A DNA stretch of 56,186 bases, the filler included, from an uncultured Methanosarcinales archaeon (GTDB lineage Archaea; Nanobdellota; Nanobdellia; Woesearchaeales; CAZXZL01): NCBI GenBank assembly GCA_964645415.1. It is 21 parts of 21 records of this genome, joined end to end, with 100 filler letters (N's around TTAATTAATTAA, not from the genome) between each part and the next. Parts side by side here need not be neighbours in the genome. Positions count along the whole stretch, not along the records: positions 17,172 to 20,449 come from CAZXZL010000062.1; positions 20,550 to 23,590 come from CAZXZL010000063.1; positions 23,691 to 26,660 come from CAZXZL010000064.1; positions 26,761 to 29,538 come from CAZXZL010000065.1; 17 more parts are not named here. One strand, 5' to 3'. Shown one piece after another: positions 19,444 through 28,431 of this stretch. The position numbers and the translations under genes were made by a program. Numbering within the stretch: the first letter of the stretch is position 1; each line of letters begins with the position of its first letter. Under the pieces are notes generated by a model, which was given only the letters and a program-made list of their open reading frames with translations, was not told the origin of the DNA and made no database searches.

Positions 19444-20445
19444 TTAAAGAATAATTTTATTATCATATAAGACTGCTTCTCTTTCTTCTCCTATATTTAT
19501 TTCTGATTGAGGAACGAATTTTTCTAAATTATAATGTTCAGATGTTTCCATATCAATTGCTTGACTTTTATTAATTATCATTACATTTCTTTTTTGTGGT
19601 AATTTTGCTCTTTTTAATTCGTCTAAGAAGAATTTTTTCTTATGTGTTTTACTATAAGCAATCATTTTTCTTTCATCTTTTATACGATAAAGAGTATTAT
19701 TAAAAATAAAGTATTCATCTTTTTTTAATCCAACATATGTATAAAGAAACATACTTCTAAATACTTTTTTAGAAGATTGATGATCAAATGTATGAAGAGT
19801 TCTTGTTGTTTCCATATAACCATAAAATCTCTTTTTTAATCTTCTCAATAAATTATAAGCAAAGCTTTTTGAAAAGAATTTAAAATTGACTCCTTCCTTT
19901 TTTTCATCAATTTCAACTACTTCATCTTTTTCTTTTTTAATCTCTTTTTTTAGAAATGAAATAATTTTATCTATATTTTTATCAAATAAACTTCTTACCT
20001 GAAGTGTTGCACTAAATCCATCTGATGCTAATTTAGAACATATATCACACTCTTTTTTTTCAGTTATTACAGGAATATCTACACGATAAGGAATTACTTT
20101 ATCTTGATATTTAATATCTAAATTAACTTCGATTAAAAATCTTGTATCACTTGTATTCATTAAAATCTCAGTTACTCCTTCAATTACATTATGGTCAAAA
20201 TAAATATTTTCTAAGCTAAATTCTGTTCCTAATCTAACTTCTTTTTTAATCCTTTCAATTAAATCTTTTTTTAACTCTTCCCACTCTTTATATTCATAAT
20301 TAAAATTACCTTTTCCACAGATAGGACAAACACGAAGTGTAATTTTTTCTATATTTTTAATAATATTATTTTTTTTAATAAAACAATCTATACATACATT
20401 ATCTTCAAAAGATTCATCCTTTCCACATGCAAAACACTTTTCCAT
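19444..20445 (-). CDS. nmd3: NMD3-family ribosome biogenesis protein
   Basis: Four CxxC pairs (CFAC, CIDC, CPIC, CDIC) and ATLQVR motif. Confidence 0.85.
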   Translation of the reverse strand: MEKCFACGKDESFEDNVCIDCFIKKNNIIKNIEKITLRVCPICGKGNFNYEYKEWEELKKDLIERIKKEVRLGTEFSLENIYFDHNVIEGVTEILMNTSDTRFLIEVNLDIKYQDKVIPYRVDIPVITEKKECDICSKLASDGFSATLQVRSLFDKNIDKIISFLKKEIKKEKDEVVEIDEKKEGVNFKFFSKSFAYNLLRRLKKRFYGYMETTRTLHTFDHQSSKKVFRSMFLYTYVGLKKDEYFIFNNTLYRIKDERKMIAYSKTHKKKFFLDELKRAKLPQKRNVMIINKSQAIDMETSEHYNLEKFVPQSEINIGEEREAVLYDNKIIL

Positions 20446-20549
20446 ATTTNNNNNNNNNNNNNNNNNNNNNNNNNNNNNNNNNNNNNNNNNNNNTTAATTA
20501 ATTAANNNNNNNNNNNNNNNNNNNNNNNNNNNNNNNNNNNNNNNNNNNN

Positions 20550-20603
20550 TTGATAAAGATTGAAACAAAAAGAAATAGAAATTTATAGGAACTACTGTGC
20601 TAC
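20550..20603 (+). repeat. Dispersed repeat family A copy (internally shortened, hairpin truncated)
   Basis: TTGATAAAGATTG-AAACAAAAAGAAATAGAAATTTATAGGAACTACTGTGCTA. Confidence 0.8.
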
Positions 20604-20667
20604 ATGCAAAAATGAATTAATAATAAAAATATATAAATAAAACATTATAATAAATTATTGAATCAAA

Positions 20668-21420
20668 ATGGGATTTATCTTATATAGTTTAATTGGTATC
20701 GGTATATATTTAATATTGAGTATAAGAATTGTAAAAGAATATCAAAGATGTATTAGATTTAGACTTGGTAAATATAAAGAAGTTGTTCAACCAGGAATTA
20801 GATTATTCTTTCCTTTTATAGACACATATGAAAGAGTTGATCTTAGAGTAATTACTGTTGATGTTCCTTATCAAGAAGCAATAACTAAAGATAATGTTTC
20901 AACAAAAATAAATGCTGTTTTATATTATAAAATAATGGATGCTAAAAAAGCTGTACTAGATGTAGAAGATTATTACTATGCAACATCAGAATTAGCTCAA
21001 ATAACTATGAGAAATGTTGTTGGTGAATTTGAGTTAGATAATGTTTTAAGTTCAAGAGATGAGATATCTAGTAAAATAGAGAAAATAGTCGATGAAGCAA
21101 CAGATAGATGGGGAATAAAAGTAGAAAGTGTAGAATTAAAAGATATTATTTTACCTGATAATATGAAAAGAGTTTTAGCTAGACAAGCAGAAGCAGAAAG
21201 AGAAAAAAGAGCTGTTATATTACAATCAGAAGGTGAACTTGAAGCATCAAAAAACGTAACAGATGCAGCAAAAAAATTAAATAAACAACCAGGTGCTCTT
21301 CATTTAAGAACACTTCATACTATGACTGATATGTCAAGTGATAAAAGTAATACTGTCATATTAACTATACCACTTGAAATACTTGAATCATTTAAAGGGA
21401 TGAATAATAATGACAAATAA
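20668..21420 (+). CDS. SPFH/band-7 stomatin-like (slipin) protein
   Basis: FRLGK, ITKDNV, WGIKVESVELKD, QAEAEREKRA. Confidence 0.95.
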   Translation: MGFILYSLIGIGIYLILSIRIVKEYQRCIRFRLGKYKEVVQPGIRLFFPFIDTYERVDLRVITVDVPYQEAITKDNVSTKINAVLYYKIMDAKKAVLDVEDYYYATSELAQITMRNVVGEFELDNVLSSRDEISSKIEKIVDEATDRWGIKVESVELKDIILPDNMKRVLARQAEAEREKRAVILQSEGELEASKNVTDAAKKLNKQPGALHLRTLHTMTDMSSDKSNTVILTIPLEILESFKGMNNNDK

Positions 21421-21847
21421 AAAAGTAAAAGAAGGAAAACATGTGATTTTAGAATTTGTAGGAAAGTTAGATGATGGAACTGTTTTTGATAAAGTATCAA
21501 AAGAAAATCCATTTAAATTTAAAATTGGAGAAAATAAAGTATTAAAAGCATTTCAGGAAGAAATAAAAGGAATGAAAGAAGGAGAAACAAAAGAATTTAC
21601 AATACCTAAAGAAAAAGCTTATGGAAAAAGAGATAAAAAGAAAATATTTGAAATAACAAAAGAAATATTAGGTGATAAAAACATAAAAGAAGGAGATATT
21701 ATTGCTCTTAATTCAGCAGATTCTCAATTTCCAGCAAAGGTTCTTGAAATAAATGATGATAAAATAACAATTGATACAAATCCAATCTTAGCTGGTAAAG
21801 ATTTAACATATAAAGTTAAAATAATAGAAATAAAAGATAAAGAATAA
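21410..21847 (+). CDS. slyD: FKBP-type peptidyl-prolyl isomerase (SlyD-like, with insert-in-flap domain)
   Basis: DGTVFD, GMKEGE, AYG, IDTNPILAGKDL. Confidence 0.9.
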   Translation: MTNKKVKEGKHVILEFVGKLDDGTVFDKVSKENPFKFKIGENKVLKAFQEEIKGMKEGETKEFTIPKEKAYGKRDKKKIFEITKEILGDKNIKEGDIIALNSADSQFPAKVLEINDDKITIDTNPILAGKDLTYKVKIIEIKDKE

Positions 21848-21848
21848 T

Positions 21849-22487
21849 TTAAGTAATACCAAGCCAAGTATAGGAAAGCATATTTGCTGATTTCACAAGA
21901 TCACTTTTTGATTCACCATAAACTCTAATACAATTATTTTGATGAGTAATATATGTATCATCTCCTAATAAAAATTCTACAACCAAAACACCTTCAACAA
22001 TATCATCACAAGTTACTTTTGGACTATCAAATCCTTCTTCCATCATACCTGATTGAGCAGTTATATTATAAAGTTCTAACCTAGGATTAAATATTTTAGC
22101 AACATCAACCATTCCTAAAACAACTTCTGAAGGATAATCTGGCATAGTAGTAAGAAAAATATGATCAATATTTTGTAATAAAGATACTAAACCATCAGGT
22201 TTTTCTATATGATCAACTTCCCATGGAGGATTTCTAAAATCAAAGTTTATTCTCTCAGTAGAAAAACTCCAAGCTATTGCATCTTGGTGATAATTTCTTG
22301 TAAAAATATAACCATTATAATTAAATGTATCTTCACTAATTTGATATTCATTTTCAAAAGATACATGAAAAAAACTAAAATAAACTATTAAAGAAATTAT
22401 CAAAAAAATACTAAATAGAAAATATTTAGATTTAAAAAAACTCTTTAAATAATCATTATCTCCAGAATCATTATTTTTTTCTTCCAT
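21849..22487 (-). CDS. Membrane-anchored hypothetical protein, probable paralogue of 22490-23152
   Basis: N-terminal TM, YNGYIF motif, C-terminal Cys pair. Confidence 0.7.
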   Translation of the reverse strand: MEEKNNDSGDNDYLKSFFKSKYFLFSIFLIISLIVYFSFFHVSFENEYQISEDTFNYNGYIFTRNYHQDAIAWSFSTERINFDFRNPPWEVDHIEKPDGLVSLLQNIDHIFLTTMPDYPSEVVLGMVDVAKIFNPRLELYNITAQSGMMEEGFDSPKVTCDDIVEGVLVVEFLLGDDTYITHQNNCIRVYGESKSDLVKSANMLSYTWLGIT

Positions 22488-22489
22488 TT

Positions 22490-23152
22490 TTAAGAGCTAA
22501 CTGGAACAATATCAAGCATTTGAAATGTTAAACTATCTAAAAATTCCATAATATTTCTATAATCAGCAACATAATGAACATAACAATAATCGTCCCAATA
22601 ACTTTCATTAGTTCCTTCTTTTAATTTCAAAATAGGATAAAATTCACTTTGATTACATTTAATATGAGCATAATCTGAATCTTCATCTAAAGAACCTAAA
22701 TAAGCATCATAGCGAATATTTTCATATACTGAAGATATTCTACTAAAAAACATACTATATGAAAATTCAATAGACTCTCTATCGATTTGACTAACATTTT
22801 TTGGTTGAAGTAAAGTAATTTTATTTTCTTCTCTAACAACAGAAGATAATTCATCAGGAAAATTTCCAATCATTTGTGGATGAAAAATAAATTCTAAAAT
22901 ATCTCCATGATAATCAACTTCATAAACAAAAGCTGTTTCTCCATCATCAAGTTGAATTTGTGTTTCTTCAAATTCATAATTATTATATTGAGTATTTTCA
23001 TCTTGTTGAAGAAATTCTCCAGCCATAAACATTGATCCAAACATAAAACCAGCTACAAGAAAACTTAATATTAATTTAAAATAACTTTTATCTTTTTTTT
23101 CCTTTGGTTTCTTTTTCTTACTTTTTTTATTTAAATTAATTTTTTTTGGCAT
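22490..23152 (-). CDS. Membrane-anchored hypothetical protein
   Basis: Basic N-terminus, TM helix, YNNYEF motif, F..HP, C-terminal Cys pair. Confidence 0.7.
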   Translation of the reverse strand: MPKKINLNKKSKKKKPKEKKDKSYFKLILSFLVAGFMFGSMFMAGEFLQQDENTQYNNYEFEETQIQLDDGETAFVYEVDYHGDILEFIFHPQMIGNFPDELSSVVREENKITLLQPKNVSQIDRESIEFSYSMFFSRISSVYENIRYDAYLGSLDEDSDYAHIKCNQSEFYPILKLKEGTNESYWDDYCYVHYVADYRNIMEFLDSLTFQMLDIVPVSS

Positions 23153-23235
23153 CTTAATTACCTACTTATATTAGAACTGTTATTTATTTAAAAATTATTC
23201 TCTTTTAAATTTTTTATTAAATAAAAATAGAAAAA

Positions 23236-23590
23236 TTAATCAAATAGTCTTTTTGATATCCAACTATATTTATCAACAACTCTATTTACAAAAACAGTAG
23301 AAGAATAAACACCAATATTAGAAATAATTCCAGAAACATTACTTTCATCAACAATCTCAAAAGCATGATTATCTATAGTTACATTTTTTGGTGGATTTTC
23401 CCAAACTTCATCTGAACTTCTTTCTTCAATAGGTTCATCAAAACCAAAAACACTATCATAATCAAATTTTAAAGAAGAAGTTACTGAATATCTATTAACA
23501 TTATATCTTTTTGCAACTTCACAAAATAATTCTGATCCTATTTTATTAATTACTTTACCTTCAGAAGTAATTGCATCAGCACCAAATAAA
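23236..23590 (-). CDS. Ribose-1,5-bisphosphate isomerase / eIF-2B-like protein, 3' part only (not in ORF track)
   Basis: Translates as LFGADAITSEGKVINKIGS...KF...IEERSSDEVW...NHAFE...IISNIG. Confidence 0.85.
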
Positions 23591-23696
23591 NNNNNNNNNN
23601 NNNNNNNNNNNNNNNNNNNNNNNNNNNNNNNNNNTTAATTAATTAANNNNNNNNNNNNNNNNNNNNNNNNNNNNNNNNNNNNNNNNNNNNGCGAAG

Positions 23697-23845
23697 AAAA
23701 ACAAAGAGTTTTTTATGTTGTTTAAATCAAAGATTTAAAAGGTTAATGAAATCAAAAGATTTCTCACCTTGAAAAAAACAAAGTTTTTTTCTAAGTTTCG
23801 AAGAAGATTTTGCCCTACTATTTCTTTAGCTGAATACGAATAAAT
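23697..23845. repeat. Train of four short hairpins plus fragments of repeat families A and B
   Basis: AAAAAC-AAAGA-GTTTTT, TTTAAATC-AAA-GATTTAAA, GAAATC-AAAA-GATTTC, GAAAAAAAC-AAA-GTTTTTTTC; GATTTTGCCCTAC also at 18424. Confidence 0.7.
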
Positions 23846-23915
23846 TCAAAGAAAAAATTTTAGAATAAATTATTAAAGAAAAAATATAAACTATACTTTT
23901 TTTCAATTATATAAT

Positions 23916-25856
23916 ATGGATTTTAAATTACATTCTGATTTCGATCCTAAAGGAGATCAACCTAAGGCTATTAAAAAGTTACATAAAGGTTTGAAAAAAG
24001 GATATGATAAACAAACTCTACTTGGTGTTACTGGTAGTGGTAAAACTTTTACAATGGCTAATGTTATTGAAAAATATAATCGACCTTCAATAGTTATTGC
24101 ACATAATAAAACTTTAGCGTTTCAATTGTATAATGAGTTATTAGAGTTTTTTCCTAAAAATAGGGTTGAGTTTTTTATTTCTTATTATGATTATTACCAA
24201 CCGGAAAGTTATGTTCCTAATACTGATACTTATATAGAAAAGGATGCACAGGTAAATTCTGAGATTGAGAAAATGAGACAGTCTGCTACAGCAAATTTAC
24301 TTTCAAGAGATGATGTTATAATTGTTGCATCTGTTTCAGCAATTTATGGTTTGGGAAAACCAGAAAATTATAAAGATTTAAGTTTGAGTTTAAAAAAAAG
24401 TCAAAAGAAAAAAAGAAAAAAACTGATGGAAAAATTACTTGAAATGCAATATGAAAGAAATGATACTGAATTAGTTCCTGGTAGGTTTAGAGTTAGAGGA
24501 AGGATTATTGATTTAATCCCAAGTTATCAAAATGAAATAATTAGAATACAGATTTTTAATGGTAAGATAAAAAGCATTAAGGAACTTTCAAATCCAAATT
24601 ATAAAGTTATTTCTGAGTATAATAAGATACATGTCTTTCCTGCAAGTCATTTTGCAAGTAAAGATGAGAGAGTGAAAAAAGTAACTGAAAAGATAAAAGA
24701 TGAGCTGGATGAATGGCTTCCTAAATTAAAGGAAGAAAATGAACTTTATGCTCACCGTTTAAAACAAAAAATAAATTATGATATTGAGATGATGGAAGAG
24801 GTAGGATATTGTAAAGGAGTTGAAAACTATTCAAGGTATTTTGATGGAAGAAAACCTGGAGAAAGACCTTATTGTCTATTAGATTATTTTCCAGATGATT
24901 TTCTAATGTTTATTGATGAATCTCATCAAACTATTCCACAGATACATGGTATGTATAAAGGAGATAGAAGTAGAAAACAGAATTTAGTAGATTATGGATT
25001 TAGGTTACCTAGTGCATTAGATAATAGACCTTTAAAGTTTAATGAATTTAAGCAGTTTATGAATAATGTTATTTTTGTTTCTGCAACACCAGGTGACTAT
25101 GAAAGAAAGATTTCTAATCAAATTGTTGAACAAATTAATAGACCTACAGGTCTTGTTGATCCAAAGATTGAAATTCAACCAATAGAAGGACAAATTGAAC
25201 ATTTAATTAAAGAAATAAGAAAAACTGAGGAAAAAGGTTTTAGAACACTGGTTACTACTTTAACAAAAAGATTATCTGAAGAGTTGACGAATTATTTGAG
25301 TAAAAAAGGAATTAAAGTTAGATATTTACATTCAGAAATTGATTCTATTGAGAGAACGGAATTAATAAGACAGTTAAGATTAAAAAAGTTTGATGTATTG
25401 GTTGGAATCAATCTCTTAAGAGAAGGACTTGATATTCCAGAAGTTGGTCTTGTTGCAATTACTGATGCTGATAAAGAAGGTTTTCTTAGAGATTCAAGAA
25501 GTTTAATCCAAACAATAGGTAGAGCATCTAGAAATTCAGAGTCTAAAGTAATATTATATGCTGACAGAGAGACAAAGTCACTTAAAAGAGCAGTTAATGA
25601 AACTGAAAGGAGAAGAAAGATTCAAATTAATTATAATAAAGAAAATAATATTACTCCAAAAACGATTAAGAAACCAATAAAAGAACAAAAAGTTGAGATT
25701 ACTGATGAGAAGGGGTTACCAGAAGATGATATTCCAGGTTTTATTGCAAATTTAGAGAGTGAAATGAGAAAAGCAGCAGATAATCTTAATTTTGAAAGAG
25801 CTATGAAGTTAAAAGATAGAGTAAAAGAATTAAAAGAAGAATATAATGTAGATTAA
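23916..25856 (+). CDS. uvrB: Excinuclease ABC subunit B
   Basis: GVTGSGKT, YYDYYQPE, DESH, GINLLREGLD, C-terminal UVR domain. Confidence 0.98.
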   Translation: MDFKLHSDFDPKGDQPKAIKKLHKGLKKGYDKQTLLGVTGSGKTFTMANVIEKYNRPSIVIAHNKTLAFQLYNELLEFFPKNRVEFFISYYDYYQPESYVPNTDTYIEKDAQVNSEIEKMRQSATANLLSRDDVIIVASVSAIYGLGKPENYKDLSLSLKKSQKKKRKKLMEKLLEMQYERNDTELVPGRFRVRGRIIDLIPSYQNEIIRIQIFNGKIKSIKELSNPNYKVISEYNKIHVFPASHFASKDERVKKVTEKIKDELDEWLPKLKEENELYAHRLKQKINYDIEMMEEVGYCKGVENYSRYFDGRKPGERPYCLLDYFPDDFLMFIDESHQTIPQIHGMYKGDRSRKQNLVDYGFRLPSALDNRPLKFNEFKQFMNNVIFVSATPGDYERKISNQIVEQINRPTGLVDPKIEIQPIEGQIEHLIKEIRKTEEKGFRTLVTTLTKRLSEELTNYLSKKGIKVRYLHSEIDSIERTELIRQLRLKKFDVLVGINLLREGLDIPEVGLVAITDADKEGFLRDSRSLIQTIGRASRNSESKVILYADRETKSLKRAVNETERRRKIQINYNKENNITPKTIKKPIKEQKVEITDEKGLPEDDIPGFIANLESEMRKAADNLNFERAMKLKDRVKELKEEYNVD

Positions 25857-26100
25857 AGAGATCTTAACTAATTTTTAACTAATTTTTATTATTTAAAAGC
25901 TACAATTTTGAAGATTTTTCTAACATATCAAATTAGAAATATATAGAAGCAATTTAGAAACCAAAGATTATTATAAGAAACAATCTGCTGATTGTGGATT
26001 CTAGAAAAATCTGAAAGTATTTTTAATTAGATGAAAAACGTAGACTCTTTTTTTTAAAGATGAAAATTTCTATTTTTCTTTAGGAAAAAACGTAGACAAA

Positions 26101-26464
26101 AAAGAAGAAACTTATAAAAACAAAAACAGAAATAAATAAAATCTAATAGGAACTTCAGTGCCATTCTTTAGAATGGTACCATCCTGGTCAAATTACTAAA
26201 ATCAAAGATTTATAGAACTTATTAAATTACAAATTTAAAAGTTTGATAAAGATTGAGGGGAAAATCATCTAAATAAAAAAGTAATGATATGAATAAAATA
26301 AAAAGAAATAGAATTTAATAGGAGCTAACGTGCCATACAACGTATGGTAACATCCTGGTCAACTTACTAAACTAAAGTTTAGAACTTATTAAATTAAAAA
26401 TTTAAAAGCGTGATAAAGATTGATTGATAAAGATTGATTGATAAAAATTGATTGATAAAAATTG
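26101..26464 (+). repeat. Dispersed repeat family A: two tandem monomers (172-bp period) ending in four 14-bp units
   Basis: Hairpins at 26158-26179 and 26330-26350, each followed by (C)ATCCTGGTCAA...AGAACTTATTAAATTA.AAATTTAAAAG..TGATAAAGATTG; 14-mers start at 26411, 26425, 26439, 26453. Confidence 0.92.
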
Positions 26465-26466
26465 TA

Positions 26467-26660
26467 CTATACATCAATCTCACGAATCTTTTTTATTCTA
26501 TCTTCAACAGGAGGATGAGTACTAAATAAGTTACTCAAAAAACTCTTTTTAGACTTTCCTCTTAATGGATTTGCGATATATAAATTAGCAGTTGCATCAT
26601 TTGCAGCTTTTAATTCATTAGGATGACTTGAAATTTTTTCTAAAGCACTAGCTAATCCAT
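26467..26660 (-). CDS. htpX: HtpX/M48 zinc metalloprotease, C-terminal part only (not in ORF track)
   Basis: Translates as GLASALEKIS...ATANLYIANPL...LFSTHPPVEDRIKKI. Confidence 0.9.
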
Positions 26661-26760
26661 NNNNNNNNNNNNNNNNNNNNNNNNNNNNNNNNNNNNNNNN
26701 NNNNTTAATTAATTAANNNNNNNNNNNNNNNNNNNNNNNNNNNNNNNNNNNNNNNNNNNN

Positions 26761-26812
26761 ATTGACTAGGATAGTACTATACTTCGTATAGCACGGTGGT
26801 TTCCATAATTTT
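26761..26812 (-). repeat. Dispersed repeat family A copy with covariant hairpin (26774-26794)
   Basis: Reverse complement TTATGGAAACCACC GTGCTATAC-GAA-GTATAGTAC TATCCTAGTCAAT. Confidence 0.85.
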
Positions 26813-26949
26813 CTACCTAATTTTTATTTTACTTTTTTTATTTTCTATATTCTTTAGTTAAACACGAATAAATACTGCAAACTTAAAAGAATAAAGTTTC
26901 GAAAAAGATTATCTGTAGATATTTTAATTAAAAATTGTTTATTTAGAAT

Positions 26950-27537
26950 TTAAATCTCGTCTTTGTTTGCACCATACATTTCAAGAAGTTTGTCTTGACT
27001 TCTTTTTACATGTTCTCTTTCTAACCATTTGAAAACGGTAGAATGAGGGGATCCTTCGATTAAATCAGTGATTGCTTCTTTTGCTAATTTTGCTCCTCTA
27101 TAATCACCAATAATACCAACTGTTTTTCCAAAGATTACCATGTTTGTGTCAGTTAGCTCTTCTATTTTTTTTCTTGATCTTCCATTTGTTCCTATTATTC
27201 TTCCTCTTACTCTATATAATGCATTTTTAGAAGAAACATAATCTGTTATTCTTATTATGTCAAATTGATATTCTGCAGATGTTAATTTGATTGCAACTTT
27301 TGGATTGAATCCTCTTGAGATTGCTTTGACAACATTTAATGCTGTGAATAATTTTAATCCATCTTCTGCTTTTATGTTTACGTTTCCTGTTTCGGAATTA
27401 ATAGTTAGCTTTGCTCCGGTTCTCTCTTCTATTTCTCTTTTTGTGGAACCTTTTTTTCCTATGACTACTGCGATTCTCTTGTCGCCAACTTTTATATTAT
27501 CTTCAAATTCTCGTTGATTATCATCACTTTTTGCCAT
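26950..27537 (-). CDS. Dim2/Pno1-type KH-domain rRNA processing protein
   Basis: VVIGKKG, KAISRGF, RVRGRIIGTNG, GSPHSTVF. Confidence 0.92.
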   Translation of the reverse strand: MAKSDDNQREFEDNIKVGDKRIAVVIGKKGSTKREIEERTGAKLTINSETGNVNIKAEDGLKLFTALNVVKAISRGFNPKVAIKLTSAEYQFDIIRITDYVSSKNALYRVRGRIIGTNGRSRKKIEELTDTNMVIFGKTVGIIGDYRGAKLAKEAITDLIEGSPHSTVFKWLEREHVKRSQDKLLEMYGANKDEI

Positions 27538-27633
27538 TGCTATTTTGGTAAATAGTCACATATTTTTAAATCTTGTCAATATTACTTTTTTGATTGCGAA
27601 AATATTTTATAAAACGTTTGAATCTTATTTTTT

Positions 27634-28431
27634 ATGGATGATTCTGATAAGTCTTTTTATGTAGGAATTATTGTTATGATTCTTTGTATTTTTATTTTAG
27701 TATCTTTATTTATTTTTAGGTTTAATTCTTTTTCTTCTGGTTGTTTTGTTGCTTTAACTTTTGATGATGGTTTTTATGAACAATATGATGCTATGTTGTG
27801 GTTGAATGAGAGGGGTATTGATTCAACTCTTTATTATCCTTCTAATTTATCTGGTGAAATTTTTGAGGAATATTATCCTATTATTACTTGGAATGAGGTT
27901 AATGAACTTCAAAGATGGGGTAATGAGATTGGAAGTCATGGTATGAATCATATTAATTTAGATGATGTTGGTTATGAGGAGGCACGTTATGATTTGATTG
28001 AATCTATTAATCAATTTAAAGAACATGGTATTGAGATTAATAGTTATGGTCCTCCTTATGGTAGTGGTGTTGATTATCATGAGAATTTATCTGAATATGT
28101 AGATATTATAAGACCTCTTGGCTGGGATTTTATTACTGAGGAAAATGCTATGTATGAGTATGAAACTTTGCCTGTTACTGAAGATAATTTTGATGATTTT
28201 GTTAATTCTGTTGTTTTTAATAATTTAGATGATTATGATTCTAATAAATATCAAGGTTTAATTTTAGTTTTTCATAGGGTTGTTGAGGATGTTGATGATG
28301 ATAATTATCCTTTTAGACCTGAGATTGATATCTCTTTTGATAATTTTGAATATATTGTAAATTCTGTTGAGGAGATGGGTTGTGAGTTTGTTAGAGTAGA
28401 TGAAATTCCAGGGGTGTTTGAAAATAGTTGA
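27634..28431 (+). CDS. Membrane-anchored polysaccharide deacetylase (NodB/CE4 family)
   Basis: LTFDDG, EIGSHGMNH, PYG, LVFH motifs; N-terminal TM. Confidence 0.88.
   Translation: MDDSDKSFYVGIIVMILCIFILVSLFIFRFNSFSSGCFVALTFDDGFYEQYDAMLWLNERGIDSTLYYPSNLSGEIFEEYYPIITWNEVNELQRWGNEIGSHGMNHINLDDVGYEEARYDLIESINQFKEHGIEINSYGPPYGSGVDYHENLSEYVDIIRPLGWDFITEENAMYEYETLPVTEDNFDDFVNSVVFNNLDDYDSNKYQGLILVFHRVVEDVDDDNYPFRPEIDISFDNFEYIVNSVEEMGCEFVRVDEIPGVFENS

Noticed and set aside
26411..26464. Possible CRISPR array in the tandem 14-mers, the 172-bp monomers or family B
   Set aside because: No 23-47 bp repeats separated by unique similar-length spacers, intervening sequences are shared between loci, and there are no cas genes in the window.
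23691..26464. uvrB as cargo of a composite transposon bounded by repeats
   Set aside because: The flanking repeats are different modules, with no terminal inverted repeats, target duplication or transposase. The same repeats flank many unrelated housekeeping genes.
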